A stretch of DNA of 64,000 nucleotides from a virus (lineage: Duplodnaviria; Caudoviricetes). Within the stretch, counting starts at the first letter, position 1. The number at the start of each line of letters is the position of its first letter. Made by a program: the position numbers and the translations under genes. This document shows positions 9,129 to 17,170 of this stretch, one piece after another. The stretch spans positions 32,001-96,000 of the IMG/VR virus record IMGVR_UViG_3300015607_004925; one strand, written 5' to 3'. Below the pieces are notes generated by a model. The model did not search any database. It was not told where the DNA came from and was given only the letters and a program-made list of their open reading frames with translations.

Positions 9129-11501
9129 CTACGCCACGAGGTGCAGCTCGATGACGTTCAGGGGCTTGGGCAGGCCGATGGCGAGGTGGGTGATCACCCG
9201 GTCCGCCGACGTCGGCGAGACGCCGATGTCTGTGATGGCGAACGAGGTCAGCGGCGCACCGATCTTGGCGATCGTGCGGAGCTTGAGCAGGTCACCGCCG
9301 GTGTTCAGGGCGCCCTGGAGGAGCGTGAGCGTCTCCTGGGTCACGTTGTACTGGCCGAGGAAGTCCTCGAGGATGTCGACGAAGAACAGCGACACGAAGT
9401 CGAAATTCTTTACCACCGAGTACTCGCCGCTCTCGAGCGTCGACGGGTCGGTGGTCAGCTGGTGGACCGCGAACGGCAGCGACGAGGGCGTCTTCTGCGC
9501 GAACACGAACCAGCCGCCGTTCGACAGGTCAGTGAGCTGCGTGTCGGTGAAGTACGTGTTCGAGTCGTAGATCTGCGACACGCCGGCGATGCCGAGGTTG
9601 GTGAAGCCCTGCTGCGACGGCAGCCCGGCGGTCATGCCGCCGATCGCGCACGCCAGGTAGAAGCCGGGCTGCTGGGTGCCGCCGGTGACACCAGCGACAT
9701 CGCACTTGTCGGGCCACGCGAGGACCGTGCGCTTGCTGTTGAACGACTGCGCCACCGCGATCAGCTCGCTCACCTGCTGGCTCTTCGAGAGCGTGCGAAC
9801 GATCTGGTAGTTGACGGTCGTCGCGCCGACGAGTGCGCTGCCCGCGCGCTTGACGCCGTGTGGCAGCTCGTTCTCGACCGACGAGCTGTCCTGGCCGTTG
9901 TTGACGATCTGGATGCGCTGATCGCTGAGCACCGCCTGCACGACGAACGACGTGAAGACGCTCGCCGTGGTGATCGTCGCGTTGGGGTCGACAGGGATCT
10001 GGACGATGTCGCCGGCGGCGACGGCGCTCGACACGAACGTTCCGCTCGCGTCCTTGAGGATGAGGTAGTAGTCCGGCGCCGCGGCCGTGACCACGCCGGT
10101 GAGCGCCGCGGAGGCGACGCGCACCGTAGTGCCGTCGGCCTCCGTGATGCTCGCCGTGATGTTGCACGAGCCTGCGCCGGCGAACGGCGACTCGACGTCG
10201 ATCTGGAGATCGGTTGCCGACAGCACCGCCGCGATGTTGTAGTTCGCGACCACGATCTTGGTCGCGTCGCTGGTGACCGTGACCTTCAGGATGTCACCCG
10301 GGATGACGCCGCTCGTGATGAGCGACGTGATGCCCGTCAGCGTCACCTTGGTGATCTCGCCGCCACTCGAGCTTGTGAGCTGGAGCGGGTTGCCCGTCGC
10401 CGACGGCTCGACGATCGTCTTGGTCACCGGCAGCGTGCCGTTGCCGATGACGACACGGAAGCGCTGCGGGCGGCCGCGCGTGTTGTCGGGCAGCGCCAGG
10501 CCGACGCAATCCGTGTTCCACATCGCGAAGACCGTCACGTCGGTCGTCAACGGGACGATCGCGTAGACGTCCGAGCGCGCGGAGATGTGGTCGCGCACCG
10601 TGACGTGACCCGTGAGATCGTCGGTGAGCACGCCCACGAACTGCACGACCGAAGTCGTGTTCTCGAGCGCGACGAACGCGCCGGCTGCGAGCGGGTTGCG
10701 AGCGTCGATGCGGCCGATCTTCGACACGATCTCGTCCGCGGACTCGACCGTGTCGAGGTCGCCGAGGTCCTGGCGCAGCGCGCGGTACTGCTCGTAGACC
10801 ACCGCGTACGACACCGGCTTGGAGCCCTGGCCCGTCACCGTGATGCTCACGCCGCCGGCGATCTTGACGATGTTGCCGGTGACCGTGACGTACGAGGCGT
10901 CGATCTGGACGTCGTTGACCGTGCGCTCGATGTACCAGTGCTGATTGGCCGCCGGCGTGAACGTGCCGCCGGTGAAGTCCGACGTGGTGAGCAGGCGCGT
11001 GTCGCTGACCACGGAGGCCACCGTGAGACGCACGATGTTCGAGCCCGCGTCGACGATCACCAGCCGGTCGCCCGGCTTCACCTGGCCTGCGCCTGCCGTG
11101 TTGAACGTGGTCGGCGACGTCTCGGCCGTGTCGAACTGGTTCGGCGTCAGGGACGCCGTCGTGCCCTTCGTCCCGCTCACGATCCGCGCGCGCGCCTGGT
11201 CGAAGAAGATCTTCACGGAGGCGCTGTCGAGCACGGCGCCGACGGCGTTGTTCGGTGGCTCGGCCACGGTGATCACCGCAGGGCCCGTCGGCAACGCGAC
11301 GTCCGGCGACGGCTCGAGCGTGCCGTACGCGGCCGTGACCAGGATGTCCGCCTTGTCCGCGTAGTCCGTAGTTCCGGGCGTGAAGTAGTCCTGGATGTGG
11401 TACGCGGGGCCGACCACCAGACAGTTCAAGTCCGGGTTCGTCGGCGTCACCGTCGGCGTGGCCAGGTCCTGATACACGAGTACGACTGGGCGGATGGCCA
11501 T
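9129..11501 (-). CDS. Contractile tail sheath protein
   Basis: 790 aa; IRPVVLVYQD start; C-terminal sheath pattern (YLACAIGG...QGFTN...HQLTT...FLGQYNVT...PLNVIELHL). Confidence 0.85.
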   Translation of the reverse strand: MAIRPVVLVYQDLATPTVTPTNPDLNCLVVGPAYHIQDYFTPGTTDYADKADILVTAAYGTLEPSPDVALPTGPAVITVAEPPNNAVGAVLDSASVKIFFDQARARIVSGTKGTTASLTPNQFDTAETSPTTFNTAGAGQVKPGDRLVIVDAGSNIVRLTVASVVSDTRLLTTSDFTGGTFTPAANQHWYIERTVNDVQIDASYVTVTGNIVKIAGGVSITVTGQGSKPVSYAVVYEQYRALRQDLGDLDTVESADEIVSKIGRIDARNPLAAGAFVALENTTSVVQFVGVLTDDLTGHVTVRDHISARSDVYAIVPLTTDVTVFAMWNTDCVGLALPDNTRGRPQRFRVVIGNGTLPVTKTIVEPSATGNPLQLTSSSGGEITKVTLTGITSLITSGVIPGDILKVTVTSDATKIVVANYNIAAVLSATDLQIDVESPFAGAGSCNITASITEADGTTVRVASAALTGVVTAAAPDYYLILKDASGTFVSSAVAAGDIVQIPVDPNATITTASVFTSFVVQAVLSDQRIQIVNNGQDSSSVENELPHGVKRAGSALVGATTVNYQIVRTLSKSQQVSELIAVAQSFNSKRTVLAWPDKCDVAGVTGGTQQPGFYLACAIGGMTAGLPSQQGFTNLGIAGVSQIYDSNTYFTDTQLTDLSNGGWFVFAQKTPSSLPFAVHQLTTDPSTLESGEYSVVKNFDFVSLFFVDILEDFLGQYNVTQETLTLLQGALNTGGDLLKLRTIAKIGAPLTSFAITDIGVSPTSADRVITHLAIGLPKPLNVIELHLVA

Positions 11502-11534
11502 CGCTAGATCTCCGTATCCATGGGGGTTGCGGAA

Positions 11535-11540
11535 ATTATA
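11535..11540 (-). promoter_or_regulatory. Putative late promoter -10 box upstream of sheath
   Basis: cccac-TATAAT-ttcc; GGAG RBS follows. Confidence 0.6.
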
Positions 11541-11576
11541 GTGGGACCGCGCCGATTTCCCGACCGAGACCTTCGC

Positions 11577-12290
11577 CTACTTGCGGTCGCGCCAGCCCAG
11601 GGCGATGTCCTCGAAGAACGTCGTCGCGTCATCGTTGCCGGAGGCCACCACCGCCATCGCGATCTCGTTGAGCAGCGGGGCCGTCGGCTTGTTCGTCCAT
11701 CGCATGGGGTACTGGACGTTGAACGTGACCGCGGTGATCCACTGGTCCTTGTCGCGGGTGTTCGGCTGGGTCCGGCCGACGACGACCGGCGTCATGTCGT
11801 GGAACCCGAACTTGGCCTGGATGAGGTCGCTCGAGGCGTGGAGGAACACGCCCACGATGTCGCCCAGGATCGCGCTCTCGGCGCGCTTGCCCGCGATGCA
11901 CTCGATGAGGATCGGCACGACCTGCAGATCCCAGAACCCGACGAGGCCCGTCTTGAGGTTCTGGCCCGCGCGGTCGCCGAGCACGACGCGGCCGTGCGTC
12001 TGGTCGTCGCAGTCGATGAACACCGCGGGTCGGAAGTTACGATGCTCCTTGTCCTCGTTGAACGCGCTCTCGACGGCGAGCTTGGTCTTCTTGATGTCGG
12101 GGTCCCACCGCCACTGGAAATCAGGCGGCACCACGCTCGCCGCGAACCGACGGCGGATCACCTCGACGAACACGCCGAGTACCGCGAGCTTGGAGCCCGG
12201 ACGAATCGAGACGTGCTGCGCGCCTTCGGGCGAGGGTTGCAGCTTGGGGTCGGGCACGAAGCCCGGCGGTGGGATCGGCTTTTCGGACAT
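11577..12290 (-). CDS. Putative tail terminator/neck protein
   Basis: Start ATG 12290 (MSEKPIP); lies between head-closure gene and sheath. Confidence 0.55.
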   Translation of the reverse strand: MSEKPIPPPGFVPDPKLQPSPEGAQHVSIRPGSKLAVLGVFVEVIRRRFAASVVPPDFQWRWDPDIKKTKLAVESAFNEDKEHRNFRPAVFIDCDDQTHGRVVLGDRAGQNLKTGLVGFWDLQVVPILIECIAGKRAESAILGDIVGVFLHASSDLIQAKFGFHDMTPVVVGRTQPNTRDKDQWITAVTFNVQYPMRWTNKPTAPLLNEIAMAVVASGNDDATTFFEDIALGWRDRK

Positions 12291-13138
12291 CAGTAGAGCG
12301 GTGGGACCGCCTCCGGGTCGACGAGGATCTTGTACTCGATCGAGTTGCGCCCGAGCAGCGACGCCGTGAGCTTCTGGTGCACCGGCACGCTCTTCAGCTC
12401 GGTGTGGTGAACGCGCTGCACCTGGTAGCGGTCGTTCCGCACCAGGTCGACGACGATGTCCTTGTACTCGATGAGCGGGTAGTCGAGGACGTTGAAGTCG
12501 GCGTACTTGACGTCGTTGTCGCCGTCGGAGGTCATCTTCGTCTCGACCGACGCGGCCTCGCGGCGGCCGCGGATCAGCGTGGGCGCCCAGTACCCGCCGG
12601 CGTACGACGTGCCGAAACACGTCAGGCAGTGCTCGAGCGTCGCCTGGCCTGTCGCCGCGTCCCAGCACGTCGGGCAGCGCTCACCCCAGCGCCGGCGCTT
12701 GAGTACGACGAGCGGCACGCCGTTGAGTCGCCGGTAGCCGGTAGCCTGGTCGCGGAGGATCTTGCGCTTGAGCAGGCGCGTGCGCGCGTCGAGCCCGGGC
12801 TCGACGGGCGTCGGCTCGCACGTGAACGCGTTGGCGGTCCCCGACGGCGGCGTGACTGTGATCAGGTAGTAGACCACGCGCGCGAGCGAGAACAGGTTCG
12901 TGCCTTCGCGCCCGTTGCTGCCCGCCGGCGCCGGCGGGAAGTTCCAGGTGTCCTTGTCGTCGAGGAAGTTGTATGCGTCGCGCAGGCCGACGGCGATCGT
13001 CTCCCACGGACCCGACGGTGACTCGGCCCGCGCGATGTCGACGAAGTGCGCGCCTGTCTCGTCGGCGTTGATGTCCCACTGGACGAACACCGAGTTCGGA
13101 AAGAGCGCCGTCGTGCGGCGGATCTCGACGCTCGCCAT
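12290..13138 (-). CDS. Putative head-closure/neck protein with Zn finger
   Basis: CPTCWD...CLTCFGTSYAGGY; C-terminal DIVVD..RYQV beta-barrel pattern. Confidence 0.6.
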   Translation of the reverse strand: MASVEIRRTTALFPNSVFVQWDINADETGAHFVDIARAESPSGPWETIAVGLRDAYNFLDDKDTWNFPPAPAGSNGREGTNLFSLARVVYYLITVTPPSGTANAFTCEPTPVEPGLDARTRLLKRKILRDQATGYRRLNGVPLVVLKRRRWGERCPTCWDAATGQATLEHCLTCFGTSYAGGYWAPTLIRGRREAASVETKMTSDGDNDVKYADFNVLDYPLIEYKDIVVDLVRNDRYQVQRVHHTELKSVPVHQKLTASLLGRNSIEYKILVDPEAVPPLY

Positions 13139-14175
13139 CAGCCCAACACGGCCGGGCCGCCGGCGGGCGTCCCGAATCCGCCTCCGACGCTCGTCGTGTC
13201 GACGGCGCCATCCACTTGGTCGAACGCGCGCCGGATGCGCTGCGAGCCCTCGTCGCCGAAGCCGACGGGCGATGACTTGCGCGTCGGGCGCTCCTCGTAT
13301 GGGTTCGGCGTCGGGCCGCGATCCTCGTGCGTCGAGTGGCTGTCGGTGCCCCAGAGCTGCCAGCCGCCGAGTTTTCCGCGTTGGATTGCGTCAGCGAGTC
13401 CTCGCCCCGTCCCTACGTAAGACTGCGCCAGGTTTTTCATCTGTTGCCCGCGCCCGATGAGTCCTTGGAATGCGTTCGCAACCGACGGAGAAAGAGGGTG
13501 TGGTGTCGATTGCAGTGCTGCGCGAAGACGCTGTCCTGCGAGGGCACGGCGTGACAGCGCTTGGATGACCGGGTTTTCCGAGAAAGCCAGCTCTCCGGTT
13601 TGGAAGGCCCGCGGTAGTGTCGCGACCTTGTTGAGGCCGCTGGTCATGCGTCCGGGTTCGTCGGAGAGGTTGACCTGGCCCTGGTGACGGAACAGGTCGG
13701 CGAAGTACGTCGCGGCCTGCTCGTCGGCGGGGCGGCCGTCGCGCGCGCGGGCGAGCGCGCTGTCGGCCGATGTGGCCGAGTGGTAGTGCGGGCTCGTCGA
13801 CGGGTTGTCGCCGGTGCTCGGGTCGCCGCCGTTCATGCCTGCGTTGAAGTCGGCACGTTTGATCGGGATGGGTCGTGCGCACGTGCCGTAGTGCTTCTCC
13901 TTGCGGCACGAGGTGCACAGATTCTCGGCAGAGAGCTTGCGCATCGGCTCGCTGCGTGTGTGCGCCTGCTCGTGCGCGCTGAACAGTTGCGACACGTCGA
14001 ACGGTGTCGTCGGCGGCTGGAGCTGCTGCTGTGTCTGCTGGGATACCGGCTTGGGTGCCCGCGACTGCAACGTCGCGCTCTGCTGCACCACGGGATGTGT
14101 GGCCGCGGGGAACGCGAGCTTGAGCCGTGTGAGCGCGGCGAGCTGGCCATCGGCGTAGCGGCTCTCGAGGTTCAT
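13138..14175 (-). CDS. Low-complexity multi-segment protein with shared N-terminal motif
   Basis: MNLESRYADGQLAALTRLKLAF; further KLSA, KRA, KVA, KLG sites; CTSC-x-H-x-C knuckle. Confidence 0.7.
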   Translation of the reverse strand: MNLESRYADGQLAALTRLKLAFPAATHPVVQQSATLQSRAPKPVSQQTQQQLQPPTTPFDVSQLFSAHEQAHTRSEPMRKLSAENLCTSCRKEKHYGTCARPIPIKRADFNAGMNGGDPSTGDNPSTSPHYHSATSADSALARARDGRPADEQAATYFADLFRHQGQVNLSDEPGRMTSGLNKVATLPRAFQTGELAFSENPVIQALSRRALAGQRLRAALQSTPHPLSPSVANAFQGLIGRGQQMKNLAQSYVGTGRGLADAIQRGKLGGWQLWGTDSHSTHEDRGPTPNPYEERPTRKSSPVGFGDEGSQRIRRAFDQVDGAVDTTSVGGGFGTPAGGPAVLG

Positions 14176-14564
14176 GGCGAGATGACGTCTCCTGGTAGGG
14201 GCATCGATGACGTGGCGTAGTCGTCCTCGTTGCGCTGTAGCGCGCGGTCGATGACGCTGCGCTGGCGGCGGCCGGTGTCGGCCGGCTCGCCGGCGGCGGC
14301 GCCGGTTCCGTCGTGCGAGGTCGACGCGCCCATGCCCACGTTGAACGCGACCTTCGCCGCGTCCACGCCGACGGAGCCCGTCGGGCTGGCGGGAACGGTC
14401 GACGTCACCTTCGGCGGGCCCGGCGGCCGCGCGGGCCCGGGCAGCCCCGGCGCGCTCGGCGTCTTGATGCCGACGGAGCCGAGCGAAGGCTGAGGGATCC
14501 CTAGCCCGAGCGCCGCGAGCGCGGCGCGGGCGCCTTCCTTGTGCCTGAGCGAGAGCAGCGACAA
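14172..14564 (-). CDS. Pro/Gly-rich protein with shared N-terminal motif
   Basis: Probable TTG start 14564: (M)SLLSLRHKEGARAALAALGLG; start uncertain. Confidence 0.6.
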   Translation of the reverse strand: MSLLSLRHKEGARAALAALGLGIPQPSLGSVGIKTPSAPGLPGPARPPGPPKVTSTVPASPTGSVGVDAAKVAFNVGMGASTSHDGTGAAAGEPADTGRRQRSVIDRALQRNEDDYATSSMPLPGDVISP

Positions 14565-14578
14565 GGGGTCCGCATGCC

Positions 14579-14758
14579 CTACTTGCCGAGGGTCTTGAAC
14601 AGCTCGTTGAGTGGGTTGGCGGCGGCGGTCTTCGGAGCCTCGACGAGGCCGAGCGCCTGGGCCTCCTTGATGACCTCGTCGGTCGAGGTGTAGCCGACCG
14701 CTTCGAGGGCCTTCTGGACGCCGTAGTCGTGCGCGGTCTTCAGGTGCGTGTTCGACAT
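14579..14758 (-). CDS. Small protein (59 aa) with shared motif
   Basis: MSNTHLKTAHDYGVQKALEAVGYTSTDEVIKEAQALGLVEAPKTAAANPLNELFKTLGK; below ORF-track cut-off; -10 box upstream. Confidence 0.75.
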   Translation of the reverse strand: MSNTHLKTAHDYGVQKALEAVGYTSTDEVIKEAQALGLVEAPKTAAANPLNELFKTLGK

Positions 14759-14764
14759 GGTGTA

Positions 14765-14770
14765 AGTATA
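14765..14770 (-). promoter_or_regulatory. Putative late promoter -10 box
   Basis: gc-TATACT-tacacc-ATG. Confidence 0.5.
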
Positions 14771-14779
14771 GCGAATCCG

Positions 14780-15508
14780 CTACCCGATCACTTCCTGGCC
14801 GTACGAGCCGTCGGCACGGCCCGGCGCCATCCGGTCGTAGGTCGTGAAGTTGTCCCACAGCCAGTCGGGCATGCCGGCGCGCGCGGCGCTCGTGCCTTCC
14901 TGCTGCGCGGGGTATTGGACGCGCGCGGTGCCGTGGCTTTGCTCGGGCCCCTTCGGCTGCACGCCGGGCTCGGCGCCCATCGGGCCCGCGAGCTTGAGCT
15001 GCGCGAGCGCGGCGCGAGCGCCCGTTTCATAGGCCGTTTTCAGCGCTTTGGACGTTATGCTGCCTGTGTAAATGTTGTCAGGAAGACGCGGCAGTCCATC
15101 CATTCGACGTTCGTGTTGTTGGTAGTGATGGTCGCGCGTGAGTCCGACCTCTTGTCTACCGTTATACGTTTGAACTGCCGCACCCGGGTTCATGTTTACG
15201 TGATACGATGGACTGGCTTGTAGTTTGTTCCATACGCCTTGTGCGGCAGGTGAGACCGATACTCCACTTTGGAGTGTGCCGTTTGGTAAGCGGCGCATAG
15301 TTTCGCCATATAGCTTTCGGCCAAGACCCATTCCCCGAAATTCCGGGGCGAGTTCCGCGTGCGCTATTTCCTGTAGTCCATTACCTGCCTGCGACGGGCG
15401 CAGATGCATGTGGCCTGCAGGCCGAGCACCTACAAACGCTTCAAACCCTTCCACGCTGGGCACGAGACGAAACGCTTTGCGTAACCGTGAACCAGCCGAC
15501 TTGTTCAT
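14780..15508 (-). CDS. GNAT-family acetyltransferase domain fused to the shared helical motif
   Basis: Start ATG 15508 (MNKSAG); acetyl-CoA motif A LAPEFRGMGLGRKLY, then SPAAQGVWNKL; C-terminal LKTAYETGARAALAQLKLAG. Confidence 0.75.
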   Translation of the reverse strand: MNKSAGSRLRKAFRLVPSVEGFEAFVGARPAGHMHLRPSQAGNGLQEIAHAELAPEFRGMGLGRKLYGETMRRLPNGTLQSGVSVSPAAQGVWNKLQASPSYHVNMNPGAAVQTYNGRQEVGLTRDHHYQQHERRMDGLPRLPDNIYTGSITSKALKTAYETGARAALAQLKLAGPMGAEPGVQPKGPEQSHGTARVQYPAQQEGTSAARAGMPDWLWDNFTTYDRMAPGRADGSYGQEVIG

Positions 15509-15984
15509 GAGTGATTGAACCTCGAGGTGTTGCGGTAGCCGGAGCCGAGCGTGTTGTACGCCGACTCCATGTTGTTCTGCGTCTTCACGCCGCGGGTCAG
15601 CTCGTCCCACTCGGCCTTGAGGCTCGCGGAGAGTTGCGCGTAGAGCTGCGCCTTGTCGTCGATGCCGATCGGCGCGATGTCGCCGTCCTGCACCGTCGCC
15701 TGGTTGCGTGCCTGGAGGAACGACTCGCTCATGAGCAGGAAGCGCGTCGTGCCGATGAGCAGGAGGTACTTCAGGTGCGGCGGAAACGTCTGCGGCGTGA
15801 AGTTGGTCTGCGGCGTGACCGCGTTGAAGCCCGACACCGCCATGTCCATCGCGAGGTTCAGCTCGTCGTCGGTGAACTGCACCGTGTCGAGGAGGATGTT
15901 CTTGTCCGCGCGATCGCGCATGAACATCCTCACCTGGTCCTTGGTGACGATGTTCGGGGTGGCGGGCGACGCGACGACCGGCAT
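15505..15984 (-). CDS. Putative head-tail adaptor
   Basis: 159 aa helical; VRMFMRD...FTDDELN pattern typical of adaptor proteins. Confidence 0.6.
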   Translation of the reverse strand: MPVVASPATPNIVTKDQVRMFMRDRADKNILLDTVQFTDDELNLAMDMAVSGFNAVTPQTNFTPQTFPPHLKYLLLIGTTRFLLMSESFLQARNQATVQDGDIAPIGIDDKAQLYAQLSASLKAEWDELTRGVKTQNNMESAYNTLGSGYRNTSRFNHS

Positions 15985-16490
15985 CAGCGCACGTACGTCC
16001 GCTCGAGGCTGGCCACGACCTGCGCGATCTGCGCCTGGCCGCTCGCCGTCGTGACGAGCTGGATCGCTTGGTACGGCAGGAGGACCGTCTTGAAGCGCGC
16101 TTCGTCGAGCGCGATGAAGCGCACCCCCGTCGCCTGTTCGATGATCATCGACTCACCCGACAGGACGCTGGGCAGGTCGTCGTTGACCTTCGTCGGGTCG
16201 AGGTTGACGAGGCTGATGGTGATGTCGCCCGCCGCGCCGAGGTCGACGTGGATCTGGCTACAGACGAGCGGCTCGATGTTGTTCCAGAAGAACAGCCCGC
16301 CCCCATTCGCCGCGAGCTGGGCGTACTTGTAGATCGAGTAGCCCATGTCGAGCGGACTGTCCGCCCGCACGGCGCCGTTCTGTGGCAGCGCGCCGGTGAA
16401 GATCTTGCCCGAGGCGACCCGCTGCTGGATCGCCGTGGCGTTCGTCATCGCGAGGCGCGGCGTGACTGAGGTGACCGACGGAGATGCCAT
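15984..16490 (-). CDS. Hypothetical structural protein
   Basis: 168 aa ORF, coupled to downstream gene. Confidence 0.65.
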   Translation of the reverse strand: MASPSVTSVTPRLAMTNATAIQQRVASGKIFTGALPQNGAVRADSPLDMGYSIYKYAQLAANGGGLFFWNNIEPLVCSQIHVDLGAAGDITISLVNLDPTKVNDDLPSVLSGESMIIEQATGVRFIALDEARFKTVLLPYQAIQLVTTASGQAQIAQVVASLERTYVR

Positions 16491-16503
16491 GGTAGGTGCT
16501 TAT

Positions 16504-16509
16504 ATTGTA
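16504..16509 (-). promoter_or_regulatory. Putative late promoter -10 box
   Basis: cccc-TACAAT-ataag. Confidence 0.55.
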
Positions 16510-16515
16510 GGGGAC

Positions 16516-17166
16516 TTACGCGAAGAATTCCTTGGCGTCCGGCCCCCACTCGTTGGGCTTCTCGAAGCGCGCGACGTACGTGAAGCCGGGCTTGACCAGG
16601 ATCGGGTCGACCCAACCCCCGAACGCGTCTGTCGTGGTGACGCCGATCGGTGCCGCGAGGTTGCCTGCGTCGTAGTCGCTCTTCAAGTACACACGCACTT
16701 GCGCGTTCGCGATCGGCGACCCCGCAGGCGAGACGTACGCTAGATCGTTCGACAGGCGGAAGTTCTCGTCGATCTTGACCGTGTTGTCGAAAACCGGTGG
16801 CGTCGATGTCGCGCTGCCGCCCAGGTTCAGGTCGAGGATGTTCCACGGTACGACATCGAAGATGTCGCCGTTCGCAAGCGTGATCTGGACCTGGTAGAAG
16901 TAGAACGCGATCGGCAAGTCCGCGGTGTCGGCGCCCTGGAAGGTCAGGTCCAGCACGGCGGCGTCGACCGCGAACGCCAGGCGTGTTGGCGTGTCGGCGG
17001 TCGTGTAGCGCAGGACGTTGCTGACGTCGGTCGGCTGCACGCGCAACAGGAACTCGGCCGACGCGCCGACCAGCCGCGCGAGGTCATAAGGGACCCCGTC
17101 GTCATCGACCAGGTCGATCGCGAGGTGCTTGGTGGTGCCGCGGATGAGGTTGATGCGGTTCGACAT
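16516..17166 (-). CDS. Virion protein with BppU-N-like and prealbumin-like beta-sandwich domains
   Basis: IRGTT..IDLVD..PYDL...DTADL..YFYQVQ; PIANAQVRVY...TTTDAFGGW. Confidence 0.55.
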   Translation of the reverse strand: MSNRINLIRGTTKHLAIDLVDDDGVPYDLARLVGASAEFLLRVQPTDVSNVLRYTTADTPTRLAFAVDAAVLDLTFQGADTADLPIAFYFYQVQITLANGDIFDVVPWNILDLNLGGSATSTPPVFDNTVKIDENFRLSNDLAYVSPAGSPIANAQVRVYLKSDYDAGNLAAPIGVTTTDAFGGWVDPILVKPGFTYVARFEKPNEWGPDAKEFFA

Positions 17167-17170
17167 GGCG

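Noticed and set aside
4723-11501. Type VI secretion, eCIS or tailocin interpretation of sheath, tube and spike
   Set aside because: Capsid, portal, protease, terminase and replication genes show a complete phage
8667-11507. 946-aa plus-strand ORF (likewise 21770-24409, 26000-27682, 36245-38152, 39481-42831 and many Arg-rich ORFs)
   Set aside because: Antisense or off-frame shadows of real genes in high-GC DNA; Arg/His-rich, no motifs
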